A stretch of 64,000 nt of DNA from a bacterium (GTDB taxonomy: Bacteria > Hinthialibacterota > Hinthialibacteria > Hinthialibacterales > Hinthialibacteraceae): the NCBI GenBank assembly GCA_963663405.2, contig CAXXSM010000092.1, forward strand, positions 105,404 to 169,403, given 5' to 3'. The position numbers and the translations under genes were made by a program. The notes below the pieces were generated by a model. The model did not search any database, had not been told where the DNA came from, and worked only from the letters and a program-made list of their open reading frames with translations. Of the stretch, positions 30,942-41,224 are shown one piece after another (positions within the stretch are counted from its first letter, which is position 1; each line of letters begins with the position of its first letter).

Positions 30942-30978
30942 AATGAAACGCCGCCGTAATACCGGCGGCGTTTCAATT
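30942..30978 (-). terminator. Intrinsic terminator
   Basis: TGAAACGCCGCCG-loop-CGGCGGCGTTTCA hairpin about 20 bp after the stop at 30999. Confidence 0.75.
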
Positions 30979-30998
30979 GGACTCATTTCTAGGCTGGA

Positions 30999-31964
30999 TT
31001 AATAAAGTGACCAAGTATTCACTTCTGAGGTTTCCAGTTGTTCAACGACAAAATTATCCCACAACGCCCAGGCTCGATCTTCCCCATTCGAACCAAATGG
31101 ATCTTCGTGAGCGATTAAAACGCGTCCAGACGTATAGGTCATATCGGGATCTGTATACGTATGAACCTGAACGCCATTCAGAAAAACAGTGACGGTTCCA
31201 TCGACGTATTCCATCGAGACGGTCACCCAACGGTTTCCTGGTGAACCGATAAAATGATCCGCTGCATCCCCAGGGAATAATTCCGCAAATAACGCGTCGT
31301 TGTTTTCTCCATTGGACTCCAGAAGCACACGGCAATCACTAATCGCCGCTGGATCGGCGACTGCCCATTCCCCACAGGAGAAATTGGCGCCGGCGGAACC
31401 CTCTGGGAATCCTTCCGTAAATAAATAATCACCACGGGATCCAGAATCCCCATCCGAATTCATCGAAAAGAAATACCCATCCGATTGGCTGGGTAAATCA
31501 TTGCTGTCGGGCGCATAGACAAAACCTTCCCAACTCACGACAAGATCGCCGCTCTGATAGATTCCGAAATTGAAATTCTCCGTCGTGCCGGAGGTTTCAG
31601 GAATGAAATTCATATACACGTCAACACTCGCTCGAATGTTCCCTGAAAACTCTTCACTGGTATAAAAATTGATCACATCAGCCGTATTATATCCACCGAC
31701 ATTGGCATATACCTGCACGCCTGTGGTCGAGCCATCCGTGGAATTCGGAGCGGGAGAGATTCCCATATCCGAATAATCAACAAATTCCCAAAAATGCTGG
31801 AATCCATCTGGATCTTCTGGATTCTCATAAACTAGAATATCAAAGTTATTTTCAGAATCAGCGCTGTCAAATCCATCGGTGAATAAAACGGTCTGTGAAA
31901 AACAGAGGGGAGAAGCAAAAAGAACTGCCATTGCAAACAGCCAAAAAGTAGTTTGTTTCAGCAT
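30999..31964 (-). CDS. Secreted acidic protein, probable ConA/LamG-like beta-sandwich, ending SEVNTWSLY
   Basis: Signal peptide, SD GGAGG; WVTVSM..VTVFLNG..SGRVLIAHED..WDNFVV pattern. Confidence 0.8.
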   Translation of the reverse strand: MLKQTTFWLFAMAVLFASPLCFSQTVLFTDGFDSADSENNFDILVYENPEDPDGFQHFWEFVDYSDMGISPAPNSTDGSTTGVQVYANVGGYNTADVINFYTSEEFSGNIRASVDVYMNFIPETSGTTENFNFGIYQSGDLVVSWEGFVYAPDSNDLPSQSDGYFFSMNSDGDSGSRGDYLFTEGFPEGSAGANFSCGEWAVADPAAISDCRVLLESNGENNDALFAELFPGDAADHFIGSPGNRWVTVSMEYVDGTVTVFLNGVQVHTYTDPDMTYTSGRVLIAHEDPFGSNGEDRAWALWDNFVVEQLETSEVNTWSLY

Positions 31965-32065
31965 TGTATCCTCCTAAAATGTTATCATTATAAAACCATT
32001 TCAAAAATAGAACTCGTTGTTACAAAAAACCTCCTTTCCAGGCCCGCGTTCCCATCGTTTTCTAA

Positions 32066-32620
32066 TTATATGCCTTCCGGCATAGAATGAATAAATCCTT
32101 TTTGAGAAATCCATATATTGCCATTGCTGATCAATCCATTTGAAGGATCGTAGCAACGCGCTCCATAGGCCCCATTAAAATACGTTTGGTCTGGGCCATA
32201 AGAGCAGGCGCGCCACATCCCATAATGCTTCAGAATGTTTTCCGGCCATCCATATTGTATTATATTATGGTATGTATAATACAATTCATCCTGCGCCGCT
32301 TGATCCGGATCATTGGCGCGCACAAAAGGATCAACTAAAAGCCCCGATGAGAGATAGGCGACCGGTGTCGTTAAGTTATATCGTATATACCCATTCGTGG
32401 GATCGCCGATGGATACATTGGTATTGGGCGGGGGAGAGTTGTGATCCAGTGTATACATTTCAACCGCGGTCGAGACAGCTTTTAAATCCGATTCCGCGCG
32501 GGCTACTTTAGCGCGCATTTGTGCATTTAAAAAATTAGGAACAGCAATCGCCGCGAGAATTCCAATGATGGCGACAACGATAAGTAATTCAATCAATGTG
32601 AAACCCGTTTTCAACTTCAA
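32066..32620 (-). CDS. Prepilin-type N-terminal cleavage/methylation domain protein
   Basis: GFTLIELLIVVAIIGILAAIAVPNF; LTTPVAY; SYGPD; YDPSNGLISNGNI. TTG start with SD GGAG. Confidence 0.92.
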   Translation of the reverse strand: MKLKTGFTLIELLIVVAIIGILAAIAVPNFLNAQMRAKVARAESDLKAVSTAVEMYTLDHNSPPPNTNVSIGDPTNGYIRYNLTTPVAYLSSGLLVDPFVRANDPDQAAQDELYYTYHNIIQYGWPENILKHYGMWRACSYGPDQTYFNGAYGARCYDPSNGLISNGNIWISQKGFIHSMPEGI

Positions 32621-32858
32621 TCTTATCTCCTAGCCACTTTATCGAATACAAACGATGAGCAGAAATTACAATCCAGGCGCCTCGTTTTTGATAGCCTTAT
32701 TACTACTCATATAGTATCAATAACATTTTAACGAAACTTTAATTTATAATTTATAGCCGATTTACTAAAAAATTGAAGCCCACAAAAACCAACACTTTTA
32801 ACATTGGTAAATGCATATCACAAATCACTTAGATATAATTTTACAACTTGTCCAATTC

Positions 32859-32889
32859 TGACAATTTTGTCATATTGACAATTTTGTAA
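32859..32889. promoter_or_regulatory. Putative tandem palindromic operator
   Basis: TGACAATTTTGTCA (32859-32872) and TGACAATTTTGTAA (32876-32889), 17 bp apart, upstream of the prepilin gene. Confidence 0.4.
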
Positions 32890-33068
32890 AAAGAAATGAG
32901 TAAAAGTGAGAATTGATATACAATGAAAAAACGGTGATATAAACGATGGGTAGAAAACCTGTTAATTTTAATTACGGAAGTTATTAGGACGGGATATGAG
33001 ATATTGAGTCGCTTCACTACGCTCTAATTGAATGAAAACTAAGAATTACATTTCTCGAGCAACTTATT

Positions 33069-34928
33069 TTAAAACAATCGGTTTAACACTCCCACTTCGA
33101 TATTGCTTGGATACGCTTCCGATCGATATACGCTGTTCGTCACGGGGATAAAATCATCTTCATCCGCTTCAAAAATATTTGGAACGAACTTCTGTGGATT
33201 GCGATCGAAGAAGGGGAAATAAGTGCTTTGCACATGAACCATGATCCGGTGACCGCGCTTGAAGGTATGCAGCACATCCCATAACTCAAAAGAAACTTCG
33301 GTGATCTCGCCCGGTTGGAACGGTTTGGGATGCTCGTAACTCTCCCGGTACCGTCCCCGGAAACCTTCGAACCGCACGAGCGTATGCTGCGCCCCTTTTG
33401 AACCGAGATCATCCGGATACACATCGATTAGTTTCACAATCCAATCCGAATCGGTTCCGGTCGTTGAAACAAAAAGATTGGCTTTGATCGTTCCCGCCAG
33501 CGTGACGTCTTCTTCCAGAATTTCCGTCTGATACACCAACACATCCGGTCTCCGTGAGGCGAATCGCTGATCCTCCGCATAAAAAGTATTGTGGAGAAAA
33601 CTCGAATTATCCCGCGTATGGGGCACCGGTTTTTCCGGATCGCTGACATACGAATCGCACGCGTCTTCCGTTTCTTCAGGCGGTTCGTAAGATAATCCGC
33701 TTTCTTTCTGGAAATAGAGTTTTGTCCGCTCTGCCGCCGCTGGGGGCCATTGATCAAATCGCCGCCACCGGTTGGCGCCGGTCTCGAACATAAACGCTTC
33801 GGGAAGGTTCAAATCACTTTCTTCTTCTTTCAGAAAATGTTTGAAGAACTGGAGATCGACATGATCTTGAAAATATTTCACCGTCGGGAATCCAAAATTC
33901 GAGTCTCCTAACTCTTCTCCCGAATCCCGCACCCATCCGCCATGCCGCCAAGGCCCCATGACCAGGATGTTGAAAGTATCCGGATTCTGTTCCTCGATGC
34001 ATTGATAGGTCTTCAACGGACCATACAGGTCTTCCCTATCGTACCATCCCCCCACGACCATCACCGCCGCTTTGATATTTTTAAGATGAGGTAGGATATT
34101 GCGTTTTTGCCAGAATTCATCGTAATTGGGATGTTGGGTGACATTCGTCCATAATTTGGATTTCTTCTCAAAATACGATTTGTCCACATTCTTTAACGGT
34201 CCGACATCCATGAAAAACTTATACGAATCCTGTGTTTCAATTTCGTAATACGGTTCCGGCCGTTCATCGATCAATCCATCACGGGTTTGATGCATCCAAT
34301 TCAAAAAACTGAACCAGTGATTCAACATAAAAGCGCCATGATGGAACACATCATCCCAATAGAAATCAGAGACCGGCGCCTGGGGCGAAACTGCTTTCAA
34401 CGCGGGGTGTGAATCAATCGCGCCGGAGGATGTATAAAAGCCTGGATACGAGATCCCCCACTGCCCTACCCTTCCGTTATGATTGGGCACATTCTCTAAT
34501 AACCATTCTATCGTATCGTACGCGTCGGTGCTTTCATCGACATCCGTTTTACTTTTCTTATTCGCGACGTGAGGAGTCATGTGAACGAAGTCCCCTTCGG
34601 ACATATACCGCCCCCGCACATCCTGATAGACAAAAATGAAGCCTTCTTTTTCAAACTCCTCATGCGGGCTGATTTCCCACCGGTATTGATCCACCCCATA
34701 GGGACTCAGGCTGTAGGGTGTACGCAATATCAAGATCGGATATTTCTTCGAAACATCATTCGGCGTATAGATCGCCGTAAACAACTTCACCCCATCCCGC
34801 ATTGGAATCCGGTGTTCGAATTTCGTATAATTCTCCCGGACATAATCTTGCCGCTCGCCAGCCGAAGCAAAACCAACCAACACCAGAAAGACTACAAAAA
34901 CGCTTATGCAAATCGTACGATTCAACAT
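33069..34928 (-). CDS. CocE/NonD family hydrolase (Xaa-Pro dipeptidyl peptidase/glutaryl-7-ACA acylase-like), secreted
   Basis: IPMRDGVKL, RTPY, QDVRGR, GISYPG nucleophile, GGWYD, GPWRH. Confidence 0.93.
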   Translation of the reverse strand: MLNRTICISVFVVFLVLVGFASAGERQDYVRENYTKFEHRIPMRDGVKLFTAIYTPNDVSKKYPILILRTPYSLSPYGVDQYRWEISPHEEFEKEGFIFVYQDVRGRYMSEGDFVHMTPHVANKKSKTDVDESTDAYDTIEWLLENVPNHNGRVGQWGISYPGFYTSSGAIDSHPALKAVSPQAPVSDFYWDDVFHHGAFMLNHWFSFLNWMHQTRDGLIDERPEPYYEIETQDSYKFFMDVGPLKNVDKSYFEKKSKLWTNVTQHPNYDEFWQKRNILPHLKNIKAAVMVVGGWYDREDLYGPLKTYQCIEEQNPDTFNILVMGPWRHGGWVRDSGEELGDSNFGFPTVKYFQDHVDLQFFKHFLKEEESDLNLPEAFMFETGANRWRRFDQWPPAAAERTKLYFQKESGLSYEPPEETEDACDSYVSDPEKPVPHTRDNSSFLHNTFYAEDQRFASRRPDVLVYQTEILEEDVTLAGTIKANLFVSTTGTDSDWIVKLIDVYPDDLGSKGAQHTLVRFEGFRGRYRESYEHPKPFQPGEITEVSFELWDVLHTFKRGHRIMVHVQSTYFPFFDRNPQKFVPNIFEADEDDFIPVTNSVYRSEAYPSNIEVGVLNRLF

Positions 34929-34980
34929 GTCTTCCTCCTCATTGATTTTATTATGAAATAAAACAATTCACTTCCTAATA

Positions 34981-36138
34981 TCACCAACCTTCGAAATATC
35001 GCCCGAAATAACTGAGTATTGTCATAGCTAATAGAAACACGCCAATAAGAGAATGAAATCCAGAAACAGTACGAGTCCATCCATAAGCTTCGAAATCAAT
35101 TTTCCATGGCAAAAGTAACCGGAACCAACGGCCAAAATCAAGATCTTTAAAACTTATATTGAATGTACAAAGAAGACTAAAGAAAAGAGATTGAAAAAAT
35201 AAAATCTTAAGATTACTACTTAAGGGTAATTTAGAGCGAATTGGTACCTCTTTATCATTTTTATATTCAATAATGATTCCACTTTTAAAAGGGAGAAGTA
35301 TCATTATCCAATATATTATACTAAATATAACCATGTTCACGCATAACAATATTAACGGCCACCAATAATTAGAGCCGTATTCACAGGTTGCATCAAATAA
35401 CAAATATTCCACACAACCCATAAACCATCCACTATTATATTTTCGATAACATCGCTTAAATGCAGTATTAACAAGTTTGGATTGCTGATAGAAACCACTA
35501 TCATAAAGTTCTTTGCTTAAACGAATCAATCCAGAGGGATCATTCTTATAAATCATCCCTCCAAGACCATAAGAATATGCAATATTCGCTGGTTCGGGAT
35601 TAGTAAGGGGTTCAAAGAGGACAGCATTAAGATTTGTATTTTTGAATTCTGCCCTATTAAGTATTGTTCCATCAAAAGTACTGCCACATAAGTTTGTATT
35701 TACAAATAACAATACAATTTTTTCTTCTACTATACTATTTCCAAAATCCGAATTATCAAACGCGCAACCACGAAGGTCTTTATCACTAATGATAATAGGA
35801 TGCATAGCACCCTTATTTCGAAAATCAGCTCTGTCCGGATCGATTTTTAGTTCATCTGGTATGTTATTATTAACAAAATAGAAATTGATATCTTCAACAC
35901 CATTTTTCTCGGCATAATCTGAAAGTTTTTTTAACCAGTTCTGATGTTTATTAATTATATTTTCTACTTCATTATTAGATATAGAGAAGTAGGCAAAGGA
36001 GCAAGGAATGAAAAATGTGAAAGAGAATTGTAAAAAACAAATATATAAAATCACAAATTTTATTTGTACAATGTTACATATTAAAAAACACATTCTATTA
36101 ACAATTCCGTTATTTTTCTCCATGATCTCTTGCTCCAA
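34981..36138 (-). CDS. AT-rich membrane protein with pentapeptide repeats
   Basis: ADFRN/DLRGC/AFDNS/NLCGS/AEFKN pentapeptides; CEYG motif followed by TM helices and a pore-like FFQSLFFSLLCTF segment; start uncertain. Confidence 0.75.
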   Translation of the reverse strand: MEQEIMEKNNGIVNRMCFLICNIVQIKFVILYICFLQFSFTFFIPCSFAYFSISNNEVENIINKHQNWLKKLSDYAEKNGVEDINFYFVNNNIPDELKIDPDRADFRNKGAMHPIIISDKDLRGCAFDNSDFGNSIVEEKIVLLFVNTNLCGSTFDGTILNRAEFKNTNLNAVLFEPLTNPEPANIAYSYGLGGMIYKNDPSGLIRLSKELYDSGFYQQSKLVNTAFKRCYRKYNSGWFMGCVEYLLFDATCEYGSNYWWPLILLCVNMVIFSIIYWIMILLPFKSGIIIEYKNDKEVPIRSKLPLSSNLKILFFQSLFFSLLCTFNISFKDLDFGRWFRLLLPWKIDFEAYGWTRTVSGFHSLIGVFLLAMTILSYFGRYFEGW

Positions 36139-36156
36139 ATTACATAATGTAATCCC

Positions 36157-37269
36157 TTACGCCAATCCCCGCTTCGCAAGTTCCTTCGCGGCCTCATCGA
36201 ATTTGTCTTCAGCGGTAGTCGTGTGAGACCACTCTACTAAATCTTTCATGCCATCCAAAAGCGATACTGATGGCTCGTATCCAAGAGCGGCTTTGATTTT
36301 CGTGAGATCCGCGTAGCAATGGCGGGTGTCGCCTTTGCGATACTTAAGGGTAATTTCCGGCTCCAGCGGGGAGTCATACACTTTGGCGAGGGCTCGCGCC
36401 ACTTCATCGATTGATGTCGCCAACCCCGTTCCCACATTGAACACCTTGTAATTTGCTTCATCCTTCTCCATCGTGAGGATATTCGCCTGTACAATATCTT
36501 TCACGGAAATGAAATCGCGCGTCTGCAATCCATCTTCATACACGACGGGCGGATTCCCATTCGCCACGCGGCTCATGAAGATCGCAAGCACGCCCGTGTA
36601 AGGATTGGACAGCGATTGGCGCGGACCATAGACGTTGAAATACCGCAGCGCCACGGAAGGGATGTCATACGTCTGTCCGATACTTAGAACCATATCCTCC
36701 TGATCCCGCTTCCCGATCGCGTAAATCGCCCGGCAGTCCATCGGCGTGGTTTCCGGGGTTGGAACCGGTTTCATCACGGCGCCGCATTGGGGGCACTCGT
36801 GCTCCCAGCGATGATCCGCCAACTGCTCTTCCCCACGGAAATCCGGTTTGACGGCGCCATGCTCTGGACACGCGCAGCAGCCCTCGCCGTAGCTGGACTG
36901 CGACGCGGCGACAACGACCTTCTGGACGGAATGTTTCGTATTGACCAGCAGATCCAACAGATTCGCCGTGCCGCCGGTATTGACGTCCACATAATGTTTG
37001 ATCATATATTGTGACTGCCCCATCCCCACAGCGGCGGCTTCATGAAAGACAACTTCCTGGCCGTTCAACGCTTTCCCCAGCGCGTCGATATCCCGCACGT
37101 CGCCTTGGATGAATTCCGCTTCTGGATTCAGGTATTCCGGTTTTTCCCCATTCGGATGAACCTGCGGATCAAGGCTGTCAAAAATACGAACCGAATGCCC
37201 GCGCTGAATCAATTCATCGACAAGATGCGAACCAATAAATCCCGCGCCGCCTGTGACTAGAATCTTCAT
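36157..37269 (-). CDS. NAD-dependent nucleotide-sugar epimerase/dehydratase
   Basis: MKILVTGGAGFIGS (ATG 37269), YAIGK, LRYFNVYGP, TRDF; CxCxxH..CxxC insert. Confidence 0.93.
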   Translation of the reverse strand: MKILVTGGAGFIGSHLVDELIQRGHSVRIFDSLDPQVHPNGEKPEYLNPEAEFIQGDVRDIDALGKALNGQEVVFHEAAAVGMGQSQYMIKHYVDVNTGGTANLLDLLVNTKHSVQKVVVAASQSSYGEGCCACPEHGAVKPDFRGEEQLADHRWEHECPQCGAVMKPVPTPETTPMDCRAIYAIGKRDQEDMVLSIGQTYDIPSVALRYFNVYGPRQSLSNPYTGVLAIFMSRVANGNPPVVYEDGLQTRDFISVKDIVQANILTMEKDEANYKVFNVGTGLATSIDEVARALAKVYDSPLEPEITLKYRKGDTRHCYADLTKIKAALGYEPSVSLLDGMKDLVEWSHTTTAEDKFDEAAKELAKRGLA

Positions 37270-37461
37270 GGTATTTCCTTTTCTTTTCCTGTTTTCCTCT
37301 TGCCTGGATAGATATAATGTTACAGATTTATAAAGTAGGATGGGCTGAAAATTAATCACGCCCAGTATTCCTTCTTTAGAATGTACAACGTTTGGATACG
37401 CGCGCAAAGTAGAATAAACTGGGAATCCGTTGCGTATTCGATCCGATGTAAGGACAAAACG

Positions 37462-39607
37462 ATGAAAGTGGCCATTGTCTACAACCGGGATAGCAACCGG
37501 GTCATCAACCTCTTTGGGATTCCAAACCGGGAAAAATATGGAATGAAATCGATCCGGCGAATCACGGATGCGCTTAGAAAAGGTGGACATCAGGTTAAAT
37601 CGTTTGAAGGGGATAAAGACCTGGTCGATAATCTGGAGCATTTTATGCCGCGTGTGATGAAAGGGGAATTACCCGGCATGGTGTTCAATATATCATACGG
37701 CATTCAAGGACAGGCCCGGTATACACACGTCCCATCGATCCTGGAGATGGTCGGGATTCCCTACGTTGGTTCCGGACCGCTCGCGCATTCTCTCGCGTTG
37801 GATAAAGTCGTAGCGAAAATGCTATTTCAACAGCACGGCTTGCCCACTCCTGAATACACGGTGTTGGATTCCCCAGACTTCTCGATTCCAGATCTTCAAT
37901 ATCCACTGATTGTAAAACCGAAAAATGAGGCTGTCTCGTTCGGCATTCAAATCGTCAATTCAGACGATGAACTGCACGACGCCGCGTTGATTATCTTTGA
38001 TAAATTTCAACAACCGGTGTTAGTGGAACGATACATTGAAGGACGCGAAATCAACGTCGGAATCCTCGGCAACGGGAATCCAGAAATCTTCGCGCCGGTC
38101 GAACTGATCTTTGGTGAAGGCGGTCCGAATATCTATACAATGGAAGATAAAAAACGGATTTCTGGCCGGGAGGTCGGTTATCAATGTCCCGCGCCAATTA
38201 GCCAAGATATCGCTGCGAAAGCGCAAGAGATCTCGCTGCAAGCCTTTAAAGCCCTGGGCTGTTATGACTGCGCCCGGATTGACATGCGTTTGGATGCGGA
38301 GGGTAATTTATACATCCTTGAAATCAACAGTCTGCCCAGCCTGGGCGAACACGGCTCTTACCTGGTTGGCGCGGAACAGGCGGGCTTGAATTTCAAAGCT
38401 GTGGTGAACCGGTTGGTCGAAGTCGCCAACGCGCGATATTTCGGCTCTCCCGAACCGCCTCCCTTAACCCGGCGGAAAGAAAAATTAGATTCCGCTATTT
38501 TCTCGTTTATCACACAGCGGCGAGACCGGATTGAAGACCGCCTGGCCCGCTGGATTCGGTTCAACAGCCGGACGGAAAATCTCGTAGGTATCCGAAACGC
38601 TCAACGTGAAATGAACTCGGTTTTTATCGATGTAAAAATGAAACTGGTTGAGGATCTCTCTGATGATCCCATCGTATGGACATGGGAAACCAACGCGGGA
38701 TTGAATGGAGGAACACTCATCATCGCCCATCTGGACGTTCCATTAAAAGCGATTGAACCGATTCAACCCTTCCGGCGCGATCCCGAATTACTCTTCGGAG
38801 AAGGGATTGGCTCCTCACGAGGCCCGTTGGTTGAAATTGAATTCGCTCTCCGGGCGCTGCAGTTTGCCCGGTCCTTGACCAAGCGGCGTTTAGGCGTTCT
38901 GTTATACAGTGACGAAGGGTTGGAATGCCGCTATAGTTCCGATCTGATTGACAACGCGATCCGGCGCGCTACGCGGGTGATTGTGATTCGCCCAATCATC
39001 CAAGAGGATTCGATCATCGTCGAACGCCGGGGACAGCGGCTCTATCATTTCGTCGTCGAGGGCAAAGGACGACGGATCGATAAAAATGTTAAAAAGGATG
39101 ACGCGTTCCGTTGGGGAAGCGCGAAACTGGCGGCGTTTTCCAATTTGAGTCTCAGCGAAAAACGATTATCCATCGCCGCCGTGGACGTTCATACGCAATC
39201 GTTCCCCATGCAATTGCCCCACCGCTTGGAGGCGTCCGTCATCATGAATTATATCCGGCGTCAAAACGCGGATGACGCCGAAAAAAAGATGCGGGCGATT
39301 CTCCAGCAAAGAGAATTCAACGCCGAACTTGAACTTGTGTCAGACCGGCCACCGATGATTAATACCCGCTTGGTTTCAAAAATGGCCAAAGATATCCTCC
39401 AATTGGCGGAATCGTGGGATATCCCCCTAACGGAGCAATCATCGGCTGTTCCCTCCGTCGCTGGAATGGCGCCCTCATCTATACCTGTCATGTGTGGTAT
39501 GGGGCCGATTTGTAACAACCTGTATACTCCCAATGAATCCATAAGCCGGATCAGCCTGTTGCAGCGCACGTTGCTATTAGCGCAGTATCTGGCGGTAAAA
39601 AGAGTAA
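37462..39607 (+). CDS. D-Ala-D-Ala-ligase-like ATP-grasp domain fused to a degenerate M20 peptidase domain
   Basis: ATG 37462; GIPYVGS, LDK, IVKP, GREINV, ARIDMR, EINSLP; then AHLD..GIGSSRG..SDEG..YTPNE. The true stop is probably TAA 39605-39607 after removing one A; the track ORF reads on into the GGT N-terminus. Confidence 0.8.
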
Positions 39608-39612
39608 AATAT

Positions 39613-41224
39613 ATGACAGATAACGGCTTTTTACAGACAGCGGAATACCTCGATACACCTCACGAAGAAATGTATCCACAAAAAATCGCTGTTTCTTACC
39701 CGCGGGATGGTTACGACGGCGCACCCTTGCGCGACGGAAATCGGCTGCGCTGTTCTTGAAGAAGGGGGGAACGCGATCGACGCCGCGGTCGCAGCCGCGT
39801 TCGCCTTAGGAGTATGCGAACCGCAAGCGTCCGGTCTGGGTGGCCAGACCATGATGCTGATCCACACAAAAGATCCCAAACGAACATTCGCCTTGGATGG
39901 CTCATCAAGAGCGCCGAACCGGGCGGCCCCTGGCATGATCCCCCAAAAAGAACGCAACCGCGGCCATCGCGCGACCACCGTGCCAAGCACACCCGCCGTC
40001 CTAGAATACGCGCGAAAAACCTACGGAATCCTTCCTTTGGAGAAGATCCTCGAACCGGTCATTGAGTTAGCGCAAAAAGGATATCCTATTACTGACTTGC
40101 AAAACCGGTTGTTACAACGAGAATTGAAATATATGGCGGCCCGTTCCGCCGGATCTTTTTTTCTTACCGATTCTCAAGCGGCCTACCAACCAGGAGACAT
40201 ATTTCAACAACCTGTCCTCGCCGAGACATATACACAGTTAAAGAAAAAAGGGATTGAAGATTTCTACATGGGTGAAATCGCCCAGATCATTCATAATGAT
40301 ATGGAAAAAAATGGAGGTTTAATCCACCTGGACGATCTCGCCCAAATCCCCTGGCCCATTGAAAGACGCCCAGTTAGTGTCCGCTATGAAGGAAAGCGTT
40401 TTAATCACATTCCCTCCCCCTGGCTCAGGCCGGACATTGATCGAAATGATCAATCTTTTCATGTCCATTCCTGAAAAGGAACGCAATTTTGACACGCCCA
40501 GAGGGGCGTTCTTCTTAGCGGAAGTCATCCGCCGCGCCTTCCTTGACCGCCGGGACCGCCCCTTTGATCCCAGTTTCTATCCCCAAGTCGACGATCGAAA
40601 AATGCTAAGCGAAGAATATACACGGCTCGTCGCAAAACAGATTCGAAGACGAATCCGGACACATGGCGATACAACGCATCTCTCTGTCATGGACAAAGCG
40701 GGTAATGTTGTGGCGCTGACGCAATCCATTGAAAAAGTGTATGGCTCATTCGAAGTGGCGCCGGAACTGGGCTTTTTATATAATAACTACATGAGCGCGT
40801 TCGAATATACGGATATCTCGCATCCCTATTACCTCCGTCCCAACGCGGTTCCCTGGGCCAGTGTCGCGCCGACGATTATATTTCAGGGAAGACGGCCTTG
40901 GCTGGCGATCGGCTCACCTGGCAGCGATCGAATCACCTCTTCCATCCTGCAAGTATTAATGCGCCTGGATAAGCAATACCCCCACTTGACGCCGTGACCG
41001 CGCCCCGGCTGCATTGTTCCCTGCAAGGAACCGTCCATCTGGAAGCCTCCCGGATGCGAGATGATATCCCACGTTTTTTAAGCCGGCATGGATTTGATAT
41101 TAAAATACGAGAACCGTTTTCCTTCTATTTAGGCTGTATTCAACTGGTGATGCAGGATCGGAGAGAATTCATCGGCGTAGCGGATCAACGCCGGGATGGA
41201 TCGGCCAAGGGGCCGCAAAAATGA
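39613..41224 (+). CDS. ggt: Gamma-glutamyltransferase family protein, split by three frameshifts
   Basis: GGNAIDAAVA, EPQASGLGG, DTTHLSVMD (catalytic Thr), TQSI, GSPGS, APRLH, GVADQRRDG across consecutive frames. Confidence 0.88.

Noticed and set aside
37270-37641. Apparent 260-bp head-to-head overlap of the epimerase and ATP-grasp ORFs
   Set aside because: Artefact of longest-ORF starts; the real starts are 37269 (-) and 37462 (+).
39597-39759. M20-GGT fusion or programmed frameshifting in ggt
   Set aside because: Single-base indels in short homopolymers explain the breaks, there are too many for programmed recoding, and the same pattern affects neighbouring genes.
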